Below are positions 44,484-53,642 of a DNA stretch of 64,000 nucleotides, one piece after another; position 1 is the stretch's first letter; every line of letters starts with the position of its first letter. The notes below the pieces were generated by a model. That model ran no database searches. It saw nothing but the letters and a program-made list of their open reading frames with translations, and was not told the DNA's origin. The translations under genes were made by a program, and so were the position numbers. Origin of the DNA: an uncultured Myxococcaceae bacterium (GTDB taxonomy: Bacteria; Myxococcota_A; Polyangia; Polyangiales; Ga0077539); contig CBIHPK010000012.1 in NCBI GenBank assembly GCA_966211675.1, forward strand, positions 6,430 through 70,429, in the 5' to 3' direction.

Positions 44484-44996
44484 GTGATGCGCACTCGTCG
44501 ATGGCTGATGGGCGATCTGGTGATTCCGCAGGACATCCTCGACGACGTCGACGCGCACGCGCGCGAGGCGTACCCCGGCGAGTCGTGCGGGCTGCTCTCC
44601 GGCCCGGCCGGTGACCCCCGGGCGATCACCTCCGGGCGGCGCGTGCCCAACCTGGCCGACCGCTACCACCAGCTCGATCCGGAGACGTACCCGCGCACCT
44701 CGAAGGACGCGTACATCATCGACGGGATGCTGATGCAGCGCGCCCTCGAGGAGGGCGACGCGGGAGGCGTGCCGGTGAAGGTGATCTATCACTCGCACTG
44801 CGACTGCGGCGCCTACTTCTCCAAGGAGGATCAGCTGGTGGCGGCGCCGGACGGCACCCCGGTGCTGCCGGTGGTCTACCTGGTCACCAGCGTGCGCGCG
44901 GGCGACGTGATCGACGACCACAAGCTCTTCGTCTTCAAGGACGGCGAGTGGGTCGAGGCGCCCTTCCTCATCGCCGATCGCCCTTCGATGATGTGA
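44484..44996 (+). CDS. mec: JAMM/MPN+ metallopeptidase (Mec-like CysO-cysteine hydrolase)
   Basis: GESCGLLSG (catalytic Glu) and HSHCDCGAYFSKED, which matches H-S-H-x7-S-x2-D. Confidence 0.8.
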   Translation: MMRTRRWLMGDLVIPQDILDDVDAHAREAYPGESCGLLSGPAGDPRAITSGRRVPNLADRYHQLDPETYPRTSKDAYIIDGMLMQRALEEGDAGGVPVKVIYHSHCDCGAYFSKEDQLVAAPDGTPVLPVVYLVTSVRAGDVIDDHKLFVFKDGEWVEAPFLIADRPSMM

Positions 44997-45004
44997 GCGT
45001 CAGC

Positions 45005-45745
45005 TCACTTCCGGTCCATCCCCAGGAAGGCCCGGGTGCGCTCGTGCTTCGGGTGGTCGATGACCTCCTTCGAGGGTCCGTCCTCGATGATGCGACCTCC
45101 GTGGAGCACCAGCGTTCGGTGGCTCACCTCCCGGGCGAAGCGCATCTCGTGGGTGACCACCAGCATGGTGAGCCCGTCGGCGGCGAGCGCGCCCAGCACG
45201 TCCAGCACCTCGCCCACCCGCTCCGGGTCGAGCGCGCTGGTGGGCTCGTCCAGCAGCAGGGCTTCGGGGTCCATGGCCAGGGCCCGGGCGATGGCGACGC
45301 GCTGCTGCTCGCCGCCGGACATCTCGTGCGGGTACGCGCCCTCGCGGTGCGAGAGGCCCACGCGGGCCAGCAGGGCCCTGCCCCGCTCGGTGGCCTGCGC
45401 GAGGGGGACCTTCTTCACATGCACCGGCGCCTCGATGACGTTGCCGAGGGCGGTTCGGTGGGCGAAGAGGTTCCACTGCTGGAACACCATTCCCACGCGC
45501 TGTCGCACCCGGTGCAGCGCCGCGCGGTTGACCTTGGCGCCGCCCGGGACGAGCCGGTCACCGCCGATGGTGACCCCGCCGGAGTCGAAGGATTCCAGCC
45601 CGTTGAGGCAGCGAAGGAGGGTGCTCTTGCCGCCTCCGGACGGGCCCACCAGGGCGACCACCTGGCCCTGAGCGAAGCTCGCCGTGATGCCGTCGAGGAT
45701 CGTCCGCTCGCCGTAGACCTTGCGCAGCTCGTGGACCTCGATCAT
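45005..45745 (-). CDS. Amino-acid ABC transporter ATP-binding protein
   Basis: ATG 45745 (MIEVHELRKVYG). Walker A GPSGGGKST, signature MSGGEQQRVAIARAL, Walker B LLLDEPTSALD. Confidence 0.9.
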   Translation of the reverse strand: MIEVHELRKVYGERTILDGITASFAQGQVVALVGPSGGGKSTLLRCLNGLESFDSGGVTIGGDRLVPGGAKVNRAALHRVRQRVGMVFQQWNLFAHRTALGNVIEAPVHVKKVPLAQATERGRALLARVGLSHREGAYPHEMSGGEQQRVAIARALAMDPEALLLDEPTSALDPERVGEVLDVLGALAADGLTMLVVTHEMRFAREVSHRTLVLHGGRIIEDGPSKEVIDHPKHERTRAFLGMDRK

Positions 45746-47289
45746 GACCGCGCCAGCCTCGCCTCGAGCCGCTGCGCCCAGAGCGACAGCGGGTAGCTCA
45801 TGAGGAAATACATCAGCGCGCACAGCGCCCCAGGCAGGGCCCAGCCACGGATGTCCACCGCGGTGATGGTCATCTGCTTGGTGAGCTCGACCACCGTGAT
45901 GACCGACACCAGCGAGCTGTCCTTGAGCAGCGCGATGAAGTCGTTGGTCACCGACGGCAGCGCCAGGCGGAAGGCCTGCGGCAGCACCACGCGGCGCAGC
46001 GCCAGCGGCAGCGTCATGCCCAGCGAGAGGGCCGCCTCCATCTGACCCCGAGGCACCGCCTGGATGCCCGCGCGGTACACCTCGGCCTCGTAGGCGGCGT
46101 AGTTCATCCCGAGGCCGAGGATCGCCGCGGGGAGCGCGTCGAGCTTCACCAGGGGCGCGAGCCCGTAATAGAGCACGTAGAGCTGTAGCAGCACCGGCGT
46201 GCCCCGGTAGAGCTCGACGTAGGCGCCGGCGAGCCGGGAGAGCGCCTTCGGACCATAGAGCCGAGTCACCGCCAGCCCGATGCCCAGCGGGATGGCGAGG
46301 CACATGGACAGCGCCGAGAGCAGCAGCGTCACGAGCGCGCCCTTCGCGAAGAGCACCACGTGCGACCAGCCGAAGTGCTGCCCCGCGGCGGCGGTCCCCA
46401 GCATCCGCCGCTGGTCGTCGTCGGTCCACGCGGCGAGGCGGCGCTCTCGCTCGCTCCAGATGTTGCTGCCGCGAAGGATGCGCTCCAGCTCACCGCTCGC
46501 GGTGACGCGCGCCAGGGCCCGGTCGAGGGCCTGCTGCAGGTCCGCCTCGCCGGGGCGCACGGCGATCGAGTAGTAGCCGTCGGTGAGGTCGCCCACGACC
46601 CGCAGCTCGGGCTTGGGCTCGCCGTAGCGGGTGGCGATGATGTCGTCGAGCAGCACCGCGTCGGTGCGGCCCTGCACGAGGTCGATGTAGGGCTCCTCGA
46701 CCCCTTCGTAGGGGACGACCTCCGCCACGCCGCGCAGCAGCTCGTAGGAGTAGCTGTTGGCGAGCGTGCCCACCCTCCTCCCTCGCAGCGAGGCGAGGGT
46801 CGGTTGGATGCGGGCGTCATCGCGCCGGGCCATGAGCCGCGCCCCGAAGATGTAGTAGGGCCGAGTGAAGCGCACCCGGCCCACGCGCTGGGCGGTGACC
46901 TCGACGCCGTTCATGGCCACGTCGAAGGTGCCCCGCTCCAGCGACGGGATGAGGGCGCTCCAGTCGTTCTGGACGAACTGTGCGCGCACGCCGAGCTCTC
47001 GCGCGAGGGCGCTGGCGAGCTCGACCTCGAAGCCCATGAGGCGCCCGCCGTGGTCGCTGTCCTCGTACACGTAGGGCTCGCCGCCCTGGATGTCGCCGCC
47101 CCAGCGCAGGACCCCCGCGGCCCGAACGCGAGCGAGGGCGCTCGTCGGCGAGGCGCGGCCGCGACAGGAGAGCAAGGCCAACGCCAGCAATACCACCCAC
47201 CCGCATCGGCTCACGGGGCCGAACGCTACCACCGGAGATTTCTCCGCCGACCAGCGATTCGACCTTTGCATCGGAGCGCGCCGGGCCAA
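45742..47289 (-). CDS. Fused periplasmic substrate-binding domain + permease of a polar amino-acid ABC transporter
   Basis: The N-terminal half is SBP type 3-like (GGEPYVYED.., DVAMNGVEVT, RPYY). The C-terminal half is a His/Glu/Gln/Arg-type permease (GTPVLLQLYVLYYG, EAALSLGM). ATG 47271 is an alternative start. Confidence 0.85.
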   Translation of the reverse strand: MARRAPMQRSNRWSAEKSPVVAFGPVSRCGWVVLLALALLSCRGRASPTSALARVRAAGVLRWGGDIQGGEPYVYEDSDHGGRLMGFEVELASALARELGVRAQFVQNDWSALIPSLERGTFDVAMNGVEVTAQRVGRVRFTRPYYIFGARLMARRDDARIQPTLASLRGRRVGTLANSYSYELLRGVAEVVPYEGVEEPYIDLVQGRTDAVLLDDIIATRYGEPKPELRVVGDLTDGYYSIAVRPGEADLQQALDRALARVTASGELERILRGSNIWSERERRLAAWTDDDQRRMLGTAAAGQHFGWSHVVLFAKGALVTLLLSALSMCLAIPLGIGLAVTRLYGPKALSRLAGAYVELYRGTPVLLQLYVLYYGLAPLVKLDALPAAILGLGMNYAAYEAEVYRAGIQAVPRGQMEAALSLGMTLPLALRRVVLPQAFRLALPSVTNDFIALLKDSSLVSVITVVELTKQMTITAVDIRGWALPGALCALMYFLMSYPLSLWAQRLEARLARS

Positions 47290-47297
47290 AGCGTCAG

Positions 47298-47855
47298 ATG
47301 CATGGCGAGCTCAACCCTACCGTCGCAGCGCTGGCGGTCCGGGAGGTCGGCGTGAGCGTCTGGCGCTCGGTCTTCGGCGAGGGCGAGCGGCTCGGCGCGC
47401 TGCAGATGAGCGCGCGCGCGATGGTGATGTTCTTCATCGCCCTCGTGCTGGTGCGCGTGGCGGGGATGCGCACCTTCGGGCGCCGCTCGGCCTTCGACCA
47501 CATCGTGGTGATCATGCTGGGCGCCGTCCTGGCCCGCGGGGTGGTGGGCGCCTCGCCCTTCGGGTCGACCGTCGCGGCGGGGGTGGCCATCGTGGTGGTC
47601 CACCGGATCCTGGCGCAGCTCTGCCGCGTCGCCCCGTGGCTGGAGCGCTACCTGAAGGGCGAGCACCGCGTGCTCTACCGCGACGGGGTGATCGACGAGT
47701 CCGCGATGGCCCGCAGCGGCCTCACCGGCTACGACCTCATCGAGGGCGTGCGGCACTCGGCCCAGGTCGACTCGCTGGGAGACATCGCGGCGGCGTACAT
47801 CGAGAGCAACGGGGAGATCAGCGCGGTGAAGCGCCCTCCGCCGCGCCGAGAGTGA
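47298..47855 (+). CDS. DUF421 (YetF-like) membrane protein
   Basis: MVMFFIALVLVRVAGMRTFGRRSAFDHIVVIMLGAVLARG resembles the DUF421 N-terminus. A soluble domain follows at the C-terminus. Confidence 0.65.
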   Translation: MHGELNPTVAALAVREVGVSVWRSVFGEGERLGALQMSARAMVMFFIALVLVRVAGMRTFGRRSAFDHIVVIMLGAVLARGVVGASPFGSTVAAGVAIVVVHRILAQLCRVAPWLERYLKGEHRVLYRDGVIDESAMARSGLTGYDLIEGVRHSAQVDSLGDIAAAYIESNGEISAVKRPPPRRE

Positions 47856-47857
47856 GC

Positions 47858-48580
47858 TCAGGCGGAGGCGCGGGGCCCGGAGGAGAAGAGGGGCTCGAGG
47901 GGGGCGCGGGGCTGCCGCTCGGGCGCGTGCATCGTGCTCTGGAAGGACGTGAGGGCGACCGCGAGGAGCGGCAGCTCGCGCCGGTGCAGCCACGAGCGCC
48001 AGGCGTGGGTCTCGCCGGAGAAGCGCATCACCCGAAGGTGGGCGAGCGCCGTCGAGGCCGAGAGGTCGGCGCGGAAGCGCACCAGGCTGGCCCCGTCGGG
48101 CTGGAGCGTGGAGACGTGGGTGCTCAGCTCGAGGCTCGGTCCCGTGTGCTCGAAGGCCAGCTCCATCTCGGTGCCGTCGTCCGCGAACATCTCCACCGCC
48201 CCGTCGCGCGGGACGAAGCGGGCCATCGCCTTGGGCAGACCCCAGATGTCCTGGCCGCCACGCAGCGCGCGCTCGTCGTCGACGTAGGCGCGGAAGACGA
48301 AGTGCCCGTAACGGGCGCGGCCCTCGCGGTCGACGGACCTCACCGCCGCGGGCATCCAGAGGAGCTCGCGGTAGCGCAGCGGCGAGGGGGCGCGGTACTC
48401 GACGTAGGCCAGCACCCCGAGGCTCCAGCCCGCGACGTGCACGGCCTCGAACCCGGCGGGCAGGTCGAGCGAGTCGACGGGTGTGGCGAAGGCGCGGAGC
48501 ACGCCCGCGCCGCACATCTCCCACGGGGGTTGTGGATAGGGCTTTCCCCGGGTGGACTTCCTTGAATCGGCTTTGTTCAT
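47858..48580 (-). CDS. Hypothetical protein, possibly acetoacetate-decarboxylase-like fold
   Basis: 240 aa. The N-terminal PYPQPPWEMCGAGVL and overall beta-rich pattern recall the ADC-like family. This is a weak assignment. Confidence 0.4.
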   Translation of the reverse strand: MNKADSRKSTRGKPYPQPPWEMCGAGVLRAFATPVDSLDLPAGFEAVHVAGWSLGVLAYVEYRAPSPLRYRELLWMPAAVRSVDREGRARYGHFVFRAYVDDERALRGGQDIWGLPKAMARFVPRDGAVEMFADDGTEMELAFEHTGPSLELSTHVSTLQPDGASLVRFRADLSASTALAHLRVMRFSGETHAWRSWLHRRELPLLAVALTSFQSTMHAPERQPRAPLEPLFSSGPRASA

Positions 48581-48707
48581 GGGATCCTCCTGCCTTCAGG
48601 GTCAAGCAAGGCGGTCTCCAGGGGGGGGCCCGCACGCGCCTTGCTACCCCCTGCCCTCGGACGTGCGCTGGTTGCGCGCCCCGGACGCCAACGAAGGAGC
48701 AAGAGCC

Positions 48708-49145
48708 ATGGCAAGGGCTGGAGAACGGCACGAGAACGAAGCGACGCAGGACGACACCGTCAACGCCGCGCCCGGCGGGCACGGCGGGTCGTCCGTGAAG
48801 CAGGGCATGGCCGGACAGTCGACGCGGAGCGCGGAGCGCGGTCGCGACGAGTTCCAGGGCAACGGGGCCTCGGCGGAGCTCGACCCCGGGCGCACCCGGG
48901 AGGGCGGCCGGCACTACGGGCGGCCGGCGATCCACGAGCCCGCGCCGGATGGGGGGCCTCCAGGGGCGATCCCCGGCGGCGACTACGACGTCCCCGACGA
49001 CGTGATGGTGAACGCCAACGAGTTCGATGCGGCCGACGAGGCTCCTCCCGAGGAGCACACGCAAGGCCGCCACGGTGAGGCGTCCGTCGTACAGGGACGC
49101 CGCAGTCCGGCGACCCCCAGCGAGCGGGGTCCGGGGCGATCGTGA
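48708..49145 (+). CDS. Acidic, Gly/Pro/Asp/Glu-rich, predicted disordered protein (145 aa)
   Basis: ATG 48708 is preceded by GAAGGAG. GC3 is high. There is no hydrophobic core and no motif was recognised. Confidence 0.45.
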   Translation: MARAGERHENEATQDDTVNAAPGGHGGSSVKQGMAGQSTRSAERGRDEFQGNGASAELDPGRTREGGRHYGRPAIHEPAPDGGPPGAIPGGDYDVPDDVMVNANEFDAADEAPPEEHTQGRHGEASVVQGRRSPATPSERGPGRS

Positions 49146-49155
49146 ACGAGGGGTC

Positions 49156-51327
49156 GTGGGCGGCGTCGCGGGAGAGCGTCCGTGCAGAGACGCGTTGACC
49201 CCGTTGACGCCTGACCCTCCTCTCACCCGCGTCGGTCGCAACCTCTGGCGCCGCTGCCGCTCGCGCCGCGCGGCGGTGCTCGTCGACACGGCCGCGTACT
49301 TCGAGGCCTTCATCCGGGCCTGCGAGAAGGCCGAGCGCTCCATCCTCATCGTGGGCTGGGACCTCGACAGCCGCGTCGAGCTCCGGCCCGCGAGCGCCTC
49401 GGGGTCGATCCCTACGGTGCTCGGCGAGTTCCTGGGCGCGCTGGTGCGGCGCCGCCCCGGGCTCCAGGTGCACGTGCTGGGCTGGGACTACTCGCTGCTC
49501 TTCGCGATGGAGCGGGAGTTCATGCCCAGCCTGGGCTTCGGCTGGCGCACGCCGCCTGCGGTGCACTTCGCCCTCGACGACCACCACCCCTTCGGCGCCT
49601 CGCACCACCAGAAGGTCGCGGTGGTCGACGACGCGGTGGCCTTCGCCGGGGGCATCGACCTCTGCTCCAACCGATGGGACACCCCCGCCCACGCGCCCGG
49701 CGACCCGGGCCGCGTCACGCCGGACGGCGATCCGTACGGACCCTTCCACGACGTCCAGATGGTCGTCGACGGGGAGACCGCCGCGGCGCTCGGCGAGCTG
49801 GTCAGGGAGCGCTGGCGTCGCTCGGGGCGGGGCGCGGTGTCCGCCCCGGCGGCACCGTCGGGCGACCCGTGGCCCGATGGGGTGGCGCCGGATTTCACCG
49901 ACGTGGAGGTGGGCATCGCGCGCACCGAGCCCGCCTACGACGGCCGCCCCGCCGTCGCGGAGGTCTCGGCGCTCACCGAGGACCTCATCGCCGGCGCCCG
50001 CCGATGGCTCTATGTGGAGAACCAGTACCTGACCTCCCGGATCGTGCGCGACCTGCTCTGCGCGCGGCTCGGCGAGGAGGACCCGCCGGAGATGCTGGTG
50101 GTGGCCCCGAGGATCGCGTCCGGCTGGCTCGAGCGCACCACCATGGGCGCCCTCCGCGCTCGGCTCGTGACGAGGCTCCGAGAGTGCGACCGCCGGGGGC
50201 GGCTGCGCGTGTGCTGCCCGAAGGTCCCGGCGCTGGGGACGCAGTGCCTCAACGTGCACGCGAAGGTGATGGTGGTCGACGACCGGGTGCTGCGCGTGGG
50301 ATCGGCCAACCTCAGCAACCGCTCGATGGGGCTCGACACCGAGTGCGACCTCGTCATCGAGGCCCGCGACGAGCGGGAGGCCGCGGCCATCGCGGCGGTG
50401 CGATGGCGCCTGATGGGGGAGCACCTCGGGGCGGATCCCTCCTCGCTCGCGGAGAGCGCCCGCGAGCTCGGCTCGCTCTTCGCCGTGGTCGACCGCCACC
50501 GCGGGGAGCGCACGCTGGAGGAGCTGGAGGTCGACCCCTCGGAGGCGCTCGAGGAGGTGGTCGCCAACGGCAAGCTGGTCGACCCGGACGGTCCGATCGA
50601 CGGCGACCTGGTGCTCGAGACCCTGGTCCCCGAGGAGCAACGGCGGCGCTCCCGGCGGCGCATCCTCCGAGGCGTCGGGCTGGTGGTGGCGGCCTTCGCC
50701 CTCGGCGCCCTCTGGGCCTTCACCCCGCTGCGCTCGCTGCTGGACCCGGCGGCGCTCGGGCACGCCATGGCGCCGCTGCGCGCCAGCCCATGGGCGCCGC
50801 TCGCCGTGCTGGCGATCTTCGTCCTCGCGGGCCTCGTCTCCTACCCGGTGACGCTGCTCATCGTGCAGTGCGCGTGGGTCTTCGGCCCGTGGCGCGGGCT
50901 GGCCTACTCGACCGTCGGCGTCGTGGCGAGCGCGGCCGCGACGTGGGCCCTCGGCCGGGCGATGGGCCGCGGGAGGGTCCGTCGCTTCGCCGGTCCGCGG
51001 CTGGGGTGGCTGGTCGAGCGGCTGCGGCGGCGGGGCGTGCTGGCGGTGGCGCTGGTGCGCACCTTCCCCGTGGCGCCCTTCAGCGTGGTGAACCTCCTCG
51101 CCGGCGCGGCGCACGTCGGCCTCGGGAGCTTCCTCCTCGGCACGGTCCTCGGGATGGCGCCGGGCATCCTCGCGCTCACGGGCTTCGGCTCCAGCCTCTC
51201 CGTGGCGATTCGAAGGCGCGACCCGGCGAGCCTCACCGTGGCGCTCGCCGCCCTGATCGCGCTCGTGGCCGCGGGCGCCCTCTTCCGCCGCTGGCTGCGT
51301 CGCCGCGGCCGGAGCGTCCCGGCGTGA
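49156..51327 (+). CDS. Phospholipase D-superfamily (two HKD motifs) protein fused to a C-terminal DedA/VTT (TVP38/TMEM64-type) membrane domain
   Basis: HKD1 is SHHQKVAVVDDAVAFAGGIDL and HKD2 is VHAKVMVVDDRVLRVGSANLSNRS. The C-terminal part has 5-6 TM helices with VFGPWRGLAYSTVG..GRAMGRGRV and RTFPVAPFSVVNLLAGAA. The start is uncertain: GTG 49156, or TTG 49195/49204. Confidence 0.8.
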   Translation: MGGVAGERPCRDALTPLTPDPPLTRVGRNLWRRCRSRRAAVLVDTAAYFEAFIRACEKAERSILIVGWDLDSRVELRPASASGSIPTVLGEFLGALVRRRPGLQVHVLGWDYSLLFAMEREFMPSLGFGWRTPPAVHFALDDHHPFGASHHQKVAVVDDAVAFAGGIDLCSNRWDTPAHAPGDPGRVTPDGDPYGPFHDVQMVVDGETAAALGELVRERWRRSGRGAVSAPAAPSGDPWPDGVAPDFTDVEVGIARTEPAYDGRPAVAEVSALTEDLIAGARRWLYVENQYLTSRIVRDLLCARLGEEDPPEMLVVAPRIASGWLERTTMGALRARLVTRLRECDRRGRLRVCCPKVPALGTQCLNVHAKVMVVDDRVLRVGSANLSNRSMGLDTECDLVIEARDEREAAAIAAVRWRLMGEHLGADPSSLAESARELGSLFAVVDRHRGERTLEELEVDPSEALEEVVANGKLVDPDGPIDGDLVLETLVPEEQRRRSRRRILRGVGLVVAAFALGALWAFTPLRSLLDPAALGHAMAPLRASPWAPLAVLAIFVLAGLVSYPVTLLIVQCAWVFGPWRGLAYSTVGVVASAAATWALGRAMGRGRVRRFAGPRLGWLVERLRRRGVLAVALVRTFPVAPFSVVNLLAGAAHVGLGSFLLGTVLGMAPGILALTGFGSSLSVAIRRRDPASLTVALAALIALVAAGALFRRWLRRRGRSVPA

Positions 51328-52049
51328 GCGGCGCGGCGCCACCGGCCGGCGGCCGACTGGCCGTGGCGACGTACAACCTCCACCGCTGCGTCGGCGGCGA
51401 CGGTCGCATGGACCCCGCCCGCGTGGCCCGCGTACTCCGTCAGCTCGACTGCGACGTGCTCAGCCTGCAGGAGGTCGACTGCGCCACGCACGGCCCCGGC
51501 GGGGTCGACCAGGGCGCCCTGCTCGCGCGCGAGGTGGGCGGGTTCCACGTCGTCGCCGCGCCGCTGGTGCGGCGGGGGAGCGTGAGCACGGGCAACGCGA
51601 TCCTCAGCCGACACGCGGTGACGGCCGTGCGCGAGGTGGACCTCTCGGTGCACAGCCGCGAGCCGCGGGCGGCGCTCGACGTCGACCTCGACGTGCGGGG
51701 CCGGCGGGTGCGCGTGGTCGGCACGCACTTCGGTCTGCGGGGTGTCGAGCGCCAGGCGCAGGTCGATCGGCTGCTGGCGGCCCTCTCCGAGGGCGACGAG
51801 GAGCTCACCCTGCTGCTCGGGGACTTCAACGAGTGGCGTGCCGGCGGTCACTCGCTCCGCAGCCTCGCGGCGGCCTTCCCCGACGAGGCCTCGGGGCTCA
51901 CCTTCCCCGCGCTCTGGCCCGTCCTGCCGCTCGATCGGGTGTTCCTCCGGCGGCAGGGGCGCATCGCGCAGGCGGGGCCACACGCCACCCCGGAGGCCCG
52001 GCGCGCCTCGGACCACCTGCCCTTCCGCGCGCTGATCGAACTGCCGTGA
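51324..52049 (+). CDS. Endonuclease/exonuclease/phosphatase (EEP) family protein
   Basis: GTG 51324 overlaps the PLD stop (GTGA). Motifs VATYNLH, DVLSLQEV, GDFNEW and SDHLPF. Confidence 0.8.
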   Translation: MSGAAPPAGGRLAVATYNLHRCVGGDGRMDPARVARVLRQLDCDVLSLQEVDCATHGPGGVDQGALLAREVGGFHVVAAPLVRRGSVSTGNAILSRHAVTAVREVDLSVHSREPRAALDVDLDVRGRRVRVVGTHFGLRGVERQAQVDRLLAALSEGDEELTLLLGDFNEWRAGGHSLRSLAAAFPDEASGLTFPALWPVLPLDRVFLRRQGRIAQAGPHATPEARRASDHLPFRALIELP

Positions 52050-52070
52050 TCCGCCGACGAGCGGGCGGCG

Positions 52071-53084
52071 CTAGAACTCGCCCGCCCACGACTCGGCGAA
52101 GGCCCGCTTCGCCGCGTCGAGCCGGCTCCCCTCGCCCGCGCGTCCGAGCGCCAGCATCAGCTTCGCGACGGCGGCCTCGGCGGTCATGGTCCCGGCGCCG
52201 ATGGCCCCGCCGCCAAGCGCCGCGGCGCCGCCCTCGTAGCGGGTGAGGTCCACGGCCCCGCGCGCGCACTGGCTCACGATCACCACGGGGATGTCCCTCG
52301 AAACCGCGTCGGTCACCACCGGCACCAGCGAGTTCTCGAGGCGCGGGATATTGCCCGAGCCGAAGCCCTCCAGCACCACGCCCCGCACGCCCGCCCGCAG
52401 CGCGCCCAGCAGGAGCTTCGGGTCGAGGCCGGGGAAGACCCGCACCGCGAGCACCCGGGGCTCGATGCGCGCGTCGAAGTCCGCCCTGGGGCGGGCCGGG
52501 AGCACGTGCGCCCCGCGCTCGACGGTGACCCCGAGGGTGACCAGCGGAGGGCACGACGGAGAGCCGAAGGCGTCGAGCCCCCAGGCGTCCATCTTCACCG
52601 ATCGGCAGCCGCGAAGGAGCTTCGCGTTGAAGCCGATGCCGACCTCGGGGATGTCCATGGTCGCGAGGTGGCAGGCGTCGACCAGGTTGGAGCGGGCGTC
52701 GGTGCGCACCTCCGCCAGCGGGCGTTGCGCGCCGGTGAGCACCACCGGCCGATCGAGCCCGCGCAGCAGGAAGGCCAGCGCGCTCGCGGTGTAGGCCATG
52801 GTGTCGGTGCCGTGCAGCACCACCACGCCGTCGAAGGCGCGCGTGCCGTCGGCGCGGCGCTCGTCGAGGGCCCCGTGCACCGCGGCGCCGAGCTCGACCC
52901 AGTGGTGCGGCTGCATGTCGCTGGAGTCGTAGTTGAAGAGGATGCGGGTCTCGATGTCGGCGATGCGGTTGAGCACCGGGAGCTCGGTCAGCAGGTCGCT
53001 CGTGTAGACATCGGGGCGCAGCGGGGTCGGCTGGCCGCCCTGCATCATCAGGGTTCCGCCGGTGTGGAGCATGAGGAGTCGCAC
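52071..53084 (-). CDS. ansA: L-asparaginase, type I
   Basis: Motifs LHTGGTLMM (catalytic Thr), VLHGTDTMAYTASAL and VVLTGAQRP. Confidence 0.88.
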   Translation of the reverse strand: MRLLMLHTGGTLMMQGGQPTPLRPDVYTSDLLTELPVLNRIADIETRILFNYDSSDMQPHHWVELGAAVHGALDERRADGTRAFDGVVVLHGTDTMAYTASALAFLLRGLDRPVVLTGAQRPLAEVRTDARSNLVDACHLATMDIPEVGIGFNAKLLRGCRSVKMDAWGLDAFGSPSCPPLVTLGVTVERGAHVLPARPRADFDARIEPRVLAVRVFPGLDPKLLLGALRAGVRGVVLEGFGSGNIPRLENSLVPVVTDAVSRDIPVVIVSQCARGAVDLTRYEGGAAALGGGAIGAGTMTAEAAVAKLMLALGRAGEGSRLDAAKRAFAESWAGEF

Positions 53085-53180
53085 GGGGGCGGAACGCTAT
53101 CACGGTCGGGATATGTCCCCGCGCGATTGGCGCTGCGGCGAGGGATGAGGCACACCGCCCGGAGGGTTCAGGAGCCACTC

Positions 53181-53633
53181 ATGGAACGTCTTGCCAGGGC
53201 CGAGGTTCAGCGATTCACCGAGCGGGTTCCAGACCTGCTGCGGGTGATGGAGACGGTGCTCGGCTCGGTCTTCGACGAGCAGGGCTACCAGTGGAGCGAG
53301 CGCAAGCTGCGCGTGGGCGCGGCGATGAGCGCGGTCGAGCTCGCGTCGCACAGCCGGCTGGAGAAGCGCCGCGCGCTCTGGCACGCCGCGATGGTGCTCA
53401 TGACCCTGAAGGACATCGAGGGCGACCCCGACACGGCGCGGCTGCTCGATGAGGTCGCCGGCGTCGCGCACACCATCTCGCTCGCGGCCATCGCGTGCGA
53501 CAGCGAGGTGGCCTCCGAGGACGCCATCAAGCAGGCCCGCGCCTTCATCGAGGCGATGGGCGTCGCGCCGCTCACCTGGGAGTCGCTGCTCAAGGCCCAC
53601 CGCGCGGTGGACGACGACGTGGTCTATCGGTAG
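53181..53633 (+). CDS. Hypothetical all-helical protein (150 aa)
   Basis: ATG 53181 follows GGAGGGTTCAGGAG. ATG 53145 is an alternative start. No motif was recognised. Confidence 0.5.
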   Translation: MERLARAEVQRFTERVPDLLRVMETVLGSVFDEQGYQWSERKLRVGAAMSAVELASHSRLEKRRALWHAAMVLMTLKDIEGDPDTARLLDEVAGVAHTISLAAIACDSEVASEDAIKQARAFIEAMGVAPLTWESLLKAHRAVDDDVVYR

Positions 53634-53642
53634 CCGATCGGC

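Noticed and set aside
49156-52049. PLD + EEP pair interpreted as a nuclease-based defence module
   Set aside because: The PLD is fused to a polytopic DedA/VTT membrane domain, and the gene pair mirrors the E. coli ybhP-clsB lipid locus. Lipid chemistry is the more parsimonious reading, though it is untested.
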